Positions 38,838 to 47,864 of a DNA stretch of 64,000 nucleotides are shown in pieces. The position numbers and the translations under genes were made by a program. The notes under the pieces are model-generated. The model saw only the letters and a program-made list of their open reading frames with translations, had not been told where the DNA came from and made no database searches. Source of the DNA: Thomasclavelia sp. (lineage in GTDB: Bacteria > Bacillota_I > Bacilli_A > Erysipelotrichales > Coprobacillaceae); NCBI RefSeq assembly GCF_047249845.1, contig NZ_JBKTWO010000005.1, positions 15,397-79,396 on the forward strand. The letters are read 5' to 3'. Position 1 is the stretch's first letter; every line of letters starts with the position of its first letter.

Positions 38838-39476
38838 GTGAAAATCATGTCACATATGGGAAATAGAATAAAAAAACTAAGAGAACAGCATAAAATGACT
38901 CAGGATGATCTTGCTCAACAGTTAGGATACTCCTCTCGCTCATCAATTAATAAAATAGAAATTGGAAGAAGTGACCTTCCACAATCAAAGATTCCTTTAG
39001 CTGCTAAAATTCTTCATACTACTCCTGCCTATATCTTAGGGTGGCAAGAATCACTTAAACCAATAGATCATGAATTTGAAAAGATTCCTGTCTATCCTCC
39101 CCTATGTTGTGGTGATGGATGGTTTACAGAGGATAATATTATAGATTATATATCTATTCCTAAAAAAATGCTGCAACCCCACAAACAATATTTTGCAAAC
39201 TATGCTATGGGTGATTCCATGAAAGATGAAAATATTAATGATGGTGATCTTGTAATATTTGAACATACTAATCTTATAAATAATGGTGAAATTGGATGTT
39301 TTAATATTGACAACAATGAAGCTACATGTAAGATATTTAAACGTGATCCAAAAACTTCAATTATTATGCTTTTACCTGCAAATAATAATTATCAACCAAT
39401 TATTATTACCTCACAAAATATTGGTTTTAAGGTTATTGGTAAATTAGCTCTTGTTATAAATAATCGTCAACGATAA
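38838..39476 (+). CDS. CI/LexA-like repressor (XRE HTH plus S24 peptidase)
   Basis: MTQDDLAQQLGY.SRSSINKIE HTH; LCCG cleavage site; GDSM Ser and ATCK Lys dyad. Confidence 0.92.
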   Translation: MKIMSHMGNRIKKLREQHKMTQDDLAQQLGYSSRSSINKIEIGRSDLPQSKIPLAAKILHTTPAYILGWQESLKPIDHEFEKIPVYPPLCCGDGWFTEDNIIDYISIPKKMLQPHKQYFANYAMGDSMKDENINDGDLVIFEHTNLINNGEIGCFNIDNNEATCKIFKRDPKTSIIMLLPANNNYQPIIITSQNIGFKVIGKLALVINNRQR

Positions 39477-39505
39477 AAGGGACAACACATTAGTGAAGTC
39501 CCTTT
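39476..39505. terminator. Bidirectional terminator between repressor and GH20 genes
   Basis: aaagggac...gtcccttt stem between convergent genes. Confidence 0.65.
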
Positions 39506-39535
39506 ATATATTTAAACTTAAAACTCTTTATTAAA

Positions 39536-41236
39536 TTAACCTCTTTTTTTACGTAAAACTTGTACCCCTAAACCACCTGAGATTATTAATAATAACATCA
39601 TAGGTACTAAATTAATTGTATCTCCTGTATTTGGATTTGGTTTACTTTCGTTTTGTTCAGGTTTTTTATCTTCTTTTAATACTAATGCTGCGACTGCATC
39701 TTGAATTGATTTTGCCATAGCATTAACTTCATTTTGTTTAGTTATATCTAAACCATATACAACTGCTGCTTTAGCATCATTTAAAAGTTTAACAGTTTCT
39801 TCAGTATAAATAGTTAAATCATTTGGAATTGAGGAAATTGCTTCTTCTACTTTTGTATAATCTGCTGATTTAATTACTAACTCTTTAATTGCACTTTCAA
39901 TAGCTATTGCATATCCATCTACAATATCTTGTTCAGTAACTCTTTTATTTCTAATAACTGCATTAATAGCATTATTTAATTTTGCTACTGTTTCCTGCGT
40001 ATAGATTTCTAAGTTTGTTGGAACTGAAGCAATTACTTCATCTACTCTAGTATAATCTGCAGGACGAATTAAATAGTCAGCATGTTTAGTTGAAAACTGA
40101 TCCATTAAAGCAAATATTCTATCAAAATCATGCTCTTTGCTTGGATCATCACACCAAACACATTGCATACTTCCAATAATATTTATTTTACTAGTTGCTC
40201 CAGTTACATCAGTAAATTCTTTTTGATCAATATTGACAGTAGTATTTTCATATTTATATCCACCGTCTGTAACGTTTCCTAATACCCAATACCAGGCATC
40301 ATTAGTATTAAGAATTTTATGTCCTTTTTCTGCTAAATATTCTGGTTTAGCAACATAGAATCCCCACCATCCAGCAGTCCAATAAGAAATAATAATATCT
40401 TTGTCAAAAGTACCAAAATTATCTTTACTATTATAGTAGATACCATCATTGAAACACATTGGTTCCATTCCAGCGTCTTTAATAATTTTTGCATTTTCAT
40501 TTACATATGCAATAAATTCATCATATAATCCTAAATCTTGTAAATAGCTCCATCCTGGATTTCCAAATACATCATTTGCATATTCATCTGCACCAAAGTT
40601 AAAGATTTCAGATGCTCCAGAGTTTCCAAAATAAGTAGCATATTTTTTTACTAATTCATGTGTAAATTTAACTGCTACATCATTTTCAATATTAACAGTA
40701 CGCTCAGATACTTTATTGTCATGTGTAAAACGTACATCTTCTAATCCTAACTCTTCCATTGCAACTAGAATAGAATCCATGTGTCCTGGACTATTAATAA
40801 CAGGAACTACACTTAAACCTCTCTCTTTTGCATAAGCAAGAATACGGTCCATTTCAGCTTCTGTTAAAGCATTACCATTAGGATCATCATAATAATGTTT
40901 ATTACCTTTTGTTAAAGCTGCTTTTACATCATCACTAGAATATGTAATCCCATTTACTTCCATTGTCATATCAGCTAAAAAGAATCTTAACGCATCATTA
41001 CCTAATAAAATCTGTACATCTGTATATCCATTTTTATAAGCTTTATCAATTATCGACTTTAGTTGTTCTTCAGAAAAATACTTTCTACCTGCATCAATAG
41101 AAAATATGCTTTTTAATTGTTGTGTTTCATTTTCTTGTGCTTGAATTTTAGTAACCCCACCAACTGTAAATACAGCACCAAAAATCATTGTACAACAAAG
41201 TACAAATGATATAACTTTATTAAATATTTTTTTCAT
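39536..41236 (-). CDS. Cell-wall-anchored GH20 beta-N-acetylhexosaminidase (StrH-like)
   Basis: SIDAGRKYFS, NSPGHMD and FNFGADEY motifs; two ADYT.V helical repeats; NPNTG + hydrophobic + RKKR sorting signal. Confidence 0.88.
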   Translation of the reverse strand: MKKIFNKVISFVLCCTMIFGAVFTVGGVTKIQAQENETQQLKSIFSIDAGRKYFSEEQLKSIIDKAYKNGYTDVQILLGNDALRFFLADMTMEVNGITYSSDDVKAALTKGNKHYYDDPNGNALTEAEMDRILAYAKERGLSVVPVINSPGHMDSILVAMEELGLEDVRFTHDNKVSERTVNIENDVAVKFTHELVKKYATYFGNSGASEIFNFGADEYANDVFGNPGWSYLQDLGLYDEFIAYVNENAKIIKDAGMEPMCFNDGIYYNSKDNFGTFDKDIIISYWTAGWWGFYVAKPEYLAEKGHKILNTNDAWYWVLGNVTDGGYKYENTTVNIDQKEFTDVTGATSKINIIGSMQCVWCDDPSKEHDFDRIFALMDQFSTKHADYLIRPADYTRVDEVIASVPTNLEIYTQETVAKLNNAINAVIRNKRVTEQDIVDGYAIAIESAIKELVIKSADYTKVEEAISSIPNDLTIYTEETVKLLNDAKAAVVYGLDITKQNEVNAMAKSIQDAVAALVLKEDKKPEQNESKPNPNTGDTINLVPMMLLLIISGGLGVQVLRKKRG

Positions 41237-41371
41237 AATATTTCCTTTCTTTATTTAATAATTTATTTATGATATATTTAGCTATACTCACCTACTTTCA
41301 ATATCGAATTTAAAAGCAATTAGTAAAATATCTAATTGCTACTAATTATAATAATATAAAGGATGATACTA

Positions 41372-41385
41372 TGCAAGCACTTTCC
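41372..41385. promoter_or_regulatory. cre/LacI-type operator-like site upstream of GH20
   Basis: TGCAAGCACTTTCC resembles TGWAANCGNTNWCA and overlaps a minus-strand TTGCAT -35 candidate. Confidence 0.35.
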
Positions 41386-41484
41386 TACCTAATCAGTAGT
41401 AATTCTAATACGAAATAAATATCTGATACTAGAATTAAATTTCCTGGGGAATATCTTTTTTTTCTTAACTAAATATTTTATAAT

Positions 41485-42654
41485 ATGTACATGGAAAAAT
41501 TATACTCAACCGGTGAATTTGCTAAAATAGCAGGTGTCACACTAAGAACAATTAGATATTATGATAAAATTGGTCTTTTAAAACCAACAAAGATTCTTGA
41601 TAATGGATATCGTAAATACTGTAATAATGATCTTATTACTCTTCAAAAAATACTTTCTTTAAAAGAATTAGGTTTTTCTTTAGAAGAAATCCATCCTTTA
41701 ATTCAAGATGACGATAAAGACAGTTTTAAAAAATCAATAAATATGCAAACTAATTTAATAGATCAAAAAATACAAAAGCTTACCGCCTTAAAAGAATCAT
41801 TAAAGGCAACAAAAAAAATCTTAACAAAAAATGAAATAGCTTGGGATAAAATAATTGAACTTATCAAACTTTCATCAATTAATGAAGAAGTAATTAATCA
41901 CTATATGAATGCCAAAAACCTTGAAACTCGTATTACACTTCACGATAAATTTTCTATCAATAAACAAGGATGGTTCCCCTGGTTATTTGAACAAATTGAT
42001 TTTTCAACTGTTTATCGTTTACTTGAAATAGGTTGCGGTAATGGCAAGTTATGGAATTATAATCCATATAATTTACGTAATCGGGAAATATTCTTATCTG
42101 ATATTTCAAGCGGTATGCTTGAAAAAGCAAAACATAATTTAGGTAATGATTATAATTATTTAAACATTAACTGTCAAAATATACCGTTTAAGAATAATTA
42201 TTTTGATACAATAGTTGCAAATCATGTTATTTTTTATTTAAAAGACCCACATCAAGGTTTATCAGAAATAACAAGAGTATTAAAAAAATCAGGTATTTTC
42301 TATTGTAGTACTTATAGTAAAAATCATATGAAAGAAATTAGTAATATTGTTAAAGGTTTTGATGAACGTATTAATTTATCATCAAACTCTTTAGCTGAAC
42401 TTTTTGGTTTAGAGAATGGTAAGGATATTTTATCCAACTACTTTAGTTTTGTTGATATTCGAAAATATAAAGACGCATTAATAGTTGATCAGGCGCAACC
42501 ATTAATTGATTATATTTTAAGTTGTCATGGGAATCAAAATGAATATATATTAAGTCATTTAAAAGAATTTAAATGTTATATAAATGATTTAATTAAACAA
42601 TCTAATGGAATAAAAATAACTAAAGACTCAGGTTTATTTATTTGTATAAAATAA
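41485..42654 (+). CDS. MerR-family regulator fused to a class I SAM methyltransferase
   Basis: TGEFAK.AGVT.RTIRYYDKIGLL HTH; LLEIGCGNG and DIS.GML motifs. Confidence 0.88.
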   Translation: MYMEKLYSTGEFAKIAGVTLRTIRYYDKIGLLKPTKILDNGYRKYCNNDLITLQKILSLKELGFSLEEIHPLIQDDDKDSFKKSINMQTNLIDQKIQKLTALKESLKATKKILTKNEIAWDKIIELIKLSSINEEVINHYMNAKNLETRITLHDKFSINKQGWFPWLFEQIDFSTVYRLLEIGCGNGKLWNYNPYNLRNREIFLSDISSGMLEKAKHNLGNDYNYLNINCQNIPFKNNYFDTIVANHVIFYLKDPHQGLSEITRVLKKSGIFYCSTYSKNHMKEISNIVKGFDERINLSSNSLAELFGLENGKDILSNYFSFVDIRKYKDALIVDQAQPLIDYILSCHGNQNEYILSHLKEFKCYINDLIKQSNGIKITKDSGLFICIK

Positions 42655-42665
42655 ACCTGAGTCTT
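42622..42665. terminator. Bidirectional terminator
   Basis: aaagactcaggtttattt/aaataaacctgagtcttt 18-bp stem between convergent genes. Confidence 0.75.
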
Positions 42666-42670
42666 TTTAT

Positions 42671-43696
42671 CTATTTTACTTTTCCAGCATACATTTTTTC
42701 AAAATAATTTTGATATTCTCCAGAAAGAATATTTTGCCACCATTCTTTGTTATCTAAATACCACTGAATCGTTTGTTGAATACCAGTATCAAAGTTATAT
42801 TTTGGCTTCCATCCAAGTTCAGTTTCTAACTTAGTTGGATCAATTGCATATCTTCTATCATGCCCTTTACGATCTTCAACATATTTAATTAAAGATTCAG
42901 GTTTATCTAATGCTTTTAAGATTGTTTGAACAACTTCTAAATTAGTTCTTTCATTATGTCCACCAACATTATATACTTCACCAACGCGACCATTTCTAAT
43001 AATTAGATCGATTGCAACACAGTGATCATATACATGTAACCAGTCACGAACATTATCACCTTTACCATATACTGGTAATTCTTCATCAGCTAAAGCTCTT
43101 GAAATCATTAATGGAATTAACTTTTCAGGGAAATGATATGGACCATAGTTATTTGAACATCTAGAAATAGTTACTGGTAATCCAAAAGTACGATGATAAG
43201 CTAAAACAAATAAATCTGCAGAAGCTTTTGATGAACTATAAGGACTAGATGTGTGTAATGGTGTTGTTTCAGTAAAGAACAAATCAGGTCGATCTAAAGG
43301 TAGGTCACCATATACTTCATCAGTAGATACTTGATGATATCTTTTTACTCCAAATTCTTTAGCTGCATCTAATAAAGTAGTTGTTCCCATAACATTTGTT
43401 TTAACGAAGATTTCAGGATCAGTAATACTTCTATCAACATGTGATTCTGCTGCGAAGTTAACAACAACATCAAATTTTTCTTCTTCAAATAACTTAAAGA
43501 TGAATTCACGGTCAGCAATATCACCTTTAACAAATTTATAATTCGGTTTACCTTCAACTGGTTTACAAGTCTCTAAGTTTCCAGCATAAGTTAATAAATC
43601 TAAGTTAACGATCATATCTTCTGGATAAGTTTCAACCATATAGTGAACAAAGTTTCCACCGATGAAACCTGCTCCACCTGTTACTAAAATTTTCAT
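42671..43696 (-). CDS. rmlB: dTDP-glucose 4,6-dehydratase
   Basis: TGGAGFIG, AAESHVDRSI, STDEVYG and YSSSK motifs. Confidence 0.97.
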   Translation of the reverse strand: MKILVTGGAGFIGGNFVHYMVETYPEDMIVNLDLLTYAGNLETCKPVEGKPNYKFVKGDIADREFIFKLFEEEKFDVVVNFAAESHVDRSITDPEIFVKTNVMGTTTLLDAAKEFGVKRYHQVSTDEVYGDLPLDRPDLFFTETTPLHTSSPYSSSKASADLFVLAYHRTFGLPVTISRCSNNYGPYHFPEKLIPLMISRALADEELPVYGKGDNVRDWLHVYDHCVAIDLIIRNGRVGEVYNVGGHNERTNLEVVQTILKALDKPESLIKYVEDRKGHDRRYAIDPTKLETELGWKPKYNFDTGIQQTIQWYLDNKEWWQNILSGEYQNYFEKMYAGKVK

Positions 43697-44272
43697 TTAT
43701 TTATCTCCTTCGAATTTAAAATTACAATCACTTTCATCTAATGTAGGACCATTTTTATCTTTATCTGATAAGATTGGTTCAATTCCATTTAATAATCCGC
43801 CCCAATCAACATTGACCGAAGGATCATCGTAACGAATTCCCCGATCATGTTCTTTAGAGTATAAATTATCTACTTTGTATCTAAATTCAACATTATCAGT
43901 TAATGTTAAGAAACCATGAGCAAATCCTCGAGGAATAAAGAACATCTTCTTATTTTCTTCACTCAACTCTACTGCAACCCATTGTTTATAAGTTGGAGAA
44001 CCTTTACGAATATCAACAGCGACATCAATAACAGTTCCTTTAGTACAGCTAACTAATTTAGCTTGGGCCATTGGATCATTTTGAAAATGCAAGCCTCTTA
44101 AAGTTCCTTTTTTTGCTGTAAATGACATATTATCTTGAACAAAAACATTATCAATTCCTAATTCATGAAAATTACTAGTTGAATAAGTTTCCATGAAATA
44201 ACCACGATGATCACCATGAACATCTGGTTCTATAATAACAACACCTGGGATCTTAGTTTCAATTTTTTTCAT
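43697..44272 (-). CDS. rmlC: dTDP-4-dehydrorhamnose 3,5-epimerase
   Basis: D.RGYF.E, LRGLHFQ, DIRKGSPT and GFAHGF motifs. Confidence 0.97.
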   Translation of the reverse strand: MKKIETKIPGVVIIEPDVHGDHRGYFMETYSTSNFHELGIDNVFVQDNMSFTAKKGTLRGLHFQNDPMAQAKLVSCTKGTVIDVAVDIRKGSPTYKQWVAVELSEENKKMFFIPRGFAHGFLTLTDNVEFRYKVDNLYSKEHDRGIRYDDPSVNVDWGGLLNGIEPILSDKDKNGPTLDESDCNFKFEGDK

Positions 44273-44283
44273 TTTTCTACCTC

Positions 44284-45165
44284 TTATTGATCTATAAATT
44301 TACCATCTAATACATCTTTTAAATATTTACCATATTGGTTCTTCTTATACAATTCATATGAAGTATTAAGCTGATCTTTAGAAATCCAACCGTTATTATA
44401 AGCTATTTCCTCAAGACATGCAATCTTCCGGTTTTGATGTGTTTCTACAGTTTTAACAAAGTTAGTTGCATCGACTAAACTTTCATGAGTTCCTGTATCT
44501 AACCAGGTAAATCCTTGTCCTAATAAAGTTACATCTAAAGTTCCATTATCTAGATAGATTTTATTTAAATCAGTAATTTCTAATTCACCACGAGCACTTG
44601 GTTTAATACTTTTAGCAAACTCTACAACATTTTTATCATAGAAATATAAACCTGTTACTGCGTAATTAGATTTAGGATTAGCTGGTTTTTCTTCTAAAGA
44701 AACAGCTTTTCCATTCTCATCAAATTCAACTACTCCAAATCGTTCAGGATCATCAACATAATAACCAAATACAGTTGCTCCACTAAACTTGTTTGCAGCT
44801 GCTCTTAATCTCTTACCTAACCCATGACCATGAAAAATATTATCACCTAAAACCATGGCACAAGCTTCACCATCTATAAATTCTTCACCTAAAATAAATG
44901 CTTGAGCTAAACCATCTGGGGATGGCTGTACTTTATATTGAAGGGTAATTCCAAATTGACTACCATCACCTAATAATTCTTCAAATCTTGGTGTGTCATC
45001 AGGAGTAGAAATAATTAATATATCTTTAATTCCTGCCTCCATTAATATGCTCAATGGGTAATATATCATTGGTTTATCGTAGATTGGTAATAGTTGTTTA
45101 CTTGTTACTTGAGTTAGAGGATATAGTCTTGTTCCTGATCCTCCTGCTAATACAATGCCTTTCAT
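44284..45165 (-). CDS. rmlA: Glucose-1-phosphate thymidylyltransferase
   Basis: [27 protein letters not shown] and RGELEITD motifs. Confidence 0.97.
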   Translation of the reverse strand: MKGIVLAGGSGTRLYPLTQVTSKQLLPIYDKPMIYYPLSILMEAGIKDILIISTPDDTPRFEELLGDGSQFGITLQYKVQPSPDGLAQAFILGEEFIDGEACAMVLGDNIFHGHGLGKRLRAAANKFSGATVFGYYVDDPERFGVVEFDENGKAVSLEEKPANPKSNYAVTGLYFYDKNVVEFAKSIKPSARGELEITDLNKIYLDNGTLDVTLLGQGFTWLDTGTHESLVDATNFVKTVETHQNRKIACLEEIAYNNGWISKDQLNTSYELYKKNQYGKYLKDVLDGKFIDQ

Positions 45166-45312
45166 CTTAAAAAGCCTCCTTATTTACATAATTATATTAA
45201 ACCCTAACGTTACGTAATGGTCAAGTGTTAATTTTAAATATACACTTTATTGTATTGAATAGAAAACAATAATAAGCTAAAATATATTAAATTATATTTC
45301 TAAGAAAAGAGA

Positions 45313-46167
45313 GTGTTTATGAAAAATATTCAAAATATTATTGGCATATTATTAGGCAATACCTTATATGCCTTAGCTGTAGCAATGTTTATTATACCAA
45401 ATAACCTTATTACTGGTGGTACAACAGGAATGGCATTATTATTAGAGACCACTATTAATATACCAATTACTATTTTTGTATCTATTTTTAATATTACTAT
45501 GTTTATACTTGGTTGGAAAGTTTTAGGTAGGAAGTTCGCATTAACCACATTAATCAGCTCATTTTATTATCCAATGATATTAGGAGTATTTGAAAAACTT
45601 TTTGAACATGAGATAATGAGTACTGATACTTTATTATGTGTCATCCTTGCTGGATTAATGATTGGTTTAGCAATTGGCTTAGTTATTCGCTGTGGAGCAA
45701 GTACAGGAGGTATGGATATTCCTCCACTAATTTTAAATAAGAAATTAGGGTTTCCTATTTCTGTTAGTATGTATGGATTTGACTTTTTAATATTACTTGG
45801 ACAAATGATTATTCGAGAACGTGAAATGATTTTTTATGGTATATTATTAGTTCTTATATATACGATCGTACTAGATAAGGTATTAGTTATTGGTAAATCA
45901 CAAATACAGATTAAAATTATAAGTAAAAATTATGAAGAAATTAATGCAATGATTATTAATAGATTAGATCGTGGAACAACTTTGATCCATGGAGAAACTG
46001 GTTATAAACATAATAAATATCCTGTTGTATTAACTGTAGTAAATAATCGTGAATTAACACATTTAAACAATTATGTATATGATATAGACCCTGATGCTTT
46101 CATGATCATTAATAAAGTTAACGAAGTCAGAGGTAAAGGATTCTCATCTGCTAAAAAATATGAATAA
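45313..46167 (+). CDS. YitT family membrane protein
   Basis: L.TGG.TG, GASTGG.DI, RG.T...GETGY and IDPDAF motifs. Confidence 0.88.
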   Translation: MFMKNIQNIIGILLGNTLYALAVAMFIIPNNLITGGTTGMALLLETTINIPITIFVSIFNITMFILGWKVLGRKFALTTLISSFYYPMILGVFEKLFEHEIMSTDTLLCVILAGLMIGLAIGLVIRCGASTGGMDIPPLILNKKLGFPISVSMYGFDFLILLGQMIIREREMIFYGILLVLIYTIVLDKVLVIGKSQIQIKIISKNYEEINAMIINRLDRGTTLIHGETGYKHNKYPVVLTVVNNRELTHLNNYVYDIDPDAFMIINKVNEVRGKGFSSAKKYE

Positions 46168-46171
46168 AATT

Positions 46172-46200
46172 AAACCGTGTACAAAATCTGTACACGGTTT
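46172..46200. terminator. Bidirectional terminator
   Basis: aaaccgtgtaca/tgtacacggttt stem between convergent genes. Confidence 0.75.
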
Positions 46201-46204
46201 TCTA

Positions 46205-47707
46205 TCAATAATGAATAAACACTGGATCACCAGTTTTGACAAGTTCATACAAAGTTTTTGCATCATCATATTGCAAGTTAATACACCCATGTGAACCTTT
46301 TGTTAAATAAAGTGTTGGTGACCAATTTGCCCAATCACTACGCTCAAGATAATGATATCCTGTACCAGTCCACATTATTCGAACCCAAAACTTTGATGGA
46401 GTTCTATAATCTTCTCCAACTAATAGTTTTTCAGGCATCTTTTCTTTAACATACCAAACTCCTGTACGAGTAATTCGATCTTCGGTTGGTGGCATACCCG
46501 TCACACATTTACTTGAAAATACTAGTTGTCCATCTTTATATACATATACCATCTGTTCAGTTATATCTATTTCACTATAGTTTTGAGTATCCCAGTCATT
46601 TTCAAAATTTTTATAATCTTTTTTATAGCCTTTATTACTATAAACTGGTTCTAATTGAGTAGTCAAAGCTTTTATATTCTCTTTACTGTGATCACTTATA
46701 TATGCATTAATAAGTTTACTATTGGTTTTATCAGTTATAATATCATATACTTGATCAACAATTTTTTCATAATCAAGTCGCCAGCCATAATCTCCTCCTG
46801 ATATTTCAATTACTTGTCCAGAATGAGTAGTAAAATTTCGTTTTTTTCCAACTGTTTTATATTTTAAACAAAAGTCTTCAATCCATTCACTCATACTATC
46901 TTTATCAATAGTTACTTTACCTTCTTCATCTATTTTGATCCAATCTTTTATATTATCAGGTGTAATACTTTCTGTTACACCTTCTCCCATATCCCAGATA
47001 ATCCAATTTAGAAGGTAATTGTTATAAGTTTCAAGTTGTTTTTTCAGTTTCTTTTTATCAATTTCAGCAGACGACTTCTTATATATATTTGGATAAGTTT
47101 TAGTATCGTTTAAATCAATTTTAGGAGTAATTTTTTTCAATGCTTTCTTAACTAACGAATTAAATTTTTCTGAATCTAATTCATTACCTTCAATTTCATC
47201 AACAATTTTACCACTTTTAGTTTCATTATTATATTCTACATGAGCACTCACTGATTTCTTAATCTGATATGCTTCACTACCTGTTATCAAGATTGATTCA
47301 TTTATTAACTTATCTACTCTATCTTGATCATATGAAACTTTTAAGTTAATTTCATGATCATGATTTGAAAATATACTAAATATACTTCTGTTATTTTTAT
47401 GACTTGAAAAGTCTTTTTCTAGATTACTTTTAAAATCAACTAATAAATCAATATCTTTACCATTTATTTTAAATGATATATCATCTTTACCTACAATTTC
47501 TAAAGTATAATTTTTAATAGTCTTATCAAATAATTTTTTTGACTCTGTATAGGTCATGTTAGATACATTTATACCATTGATACTAGTATTTGGATACCAT
47601 TTATCCTGGTAATACATAGATACTGTAAAATACAATAAAACATATCCAAAAATAACAGCTCCTATAACCTTTATTTTCTTTTTAACTCTTCTTCTTTTTC
47701 TTTTCAT
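46205..47707 (-). CDS. L,D-transpeptidase (Ldtfm-like, YkuD domain)
   Basis: N-terminal anchor, GGDYGW, CVTG and H...GSHGCINL catalytic motif. Confidence 0.9.
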   Translation of the reverse strand: MKRKRRRVKKKIKVIGAVIFGYVLLYFTVSMYYQDKWYPNTSINGINVSNMTYTESKKLFDKTIKNYTLEIVGKDDISFKINGKDIDLLVDFKSNLEKDFSSHKNNRSIFSIFSNHDHEINLKVSYDQDRVDKLINESILITGSEAYQIKKSVSAHVEYNNETKSGKIVDEIEGNELDSEKFNSLVKKALKKITPKIDLNDTKTYPNIYKKSSAEIDKKKLKKQLETYNNYLLNWIIWDMGEGVTESITPDNIKDWIKIDEEGKVTIDKDSMSEWIEDFCLKYKTVGKKRNFTTHSGQVIEISGGDYGWRLDYEKIVDQVYDIITDKTNSKLINAYISDHSKENIKALTTQLEPVYSNKGYKKDYKNFENDWDTQNYSEIDITEQMVYVYKDGQLVFSSKCVTGMPPTEDRITRTGVWYVKEKMPEKLLVGEDYRTPSKFWVRIMWTGTGYHYLERSDWANWSPTLYLTKGSHGCINLQYDDAKTLYELVKTGDPVFIHY

Positions 47708-47864
47708 GATTTTTGAACAATATACTCCTCTTTACACTTTACTCTATCCCTATATTTATTTTACGACCATTATATCATAAAAATCAATTGATTCAATTAA
47801 TTCGATTAATTAACAATAAAAACAATATTTATTACTAATTTAAAAGTCGACTTTATATAGTCGA

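Larger units (their letters stand above)
28893..39476. mobile_element. Headless siphophage tail cassette (candidate F-type tailocin or domesticated prophage remnant)
   Basis: Contiguous repressor, activator, tail and lysis genes with open frames; no capsid, portal, terminase, integrase or replication gene between yihY and the GH20 gene. Confidence 0.8.

Noticed and set aside
28700..39530. Complete inducible prophage, gene transfer agent or contractile (R-type/PBSX-like) element
   Set aside because: No integrase, att repeats, capsid, portal, terminase, sheath or baseplate-wedge genes were seen.
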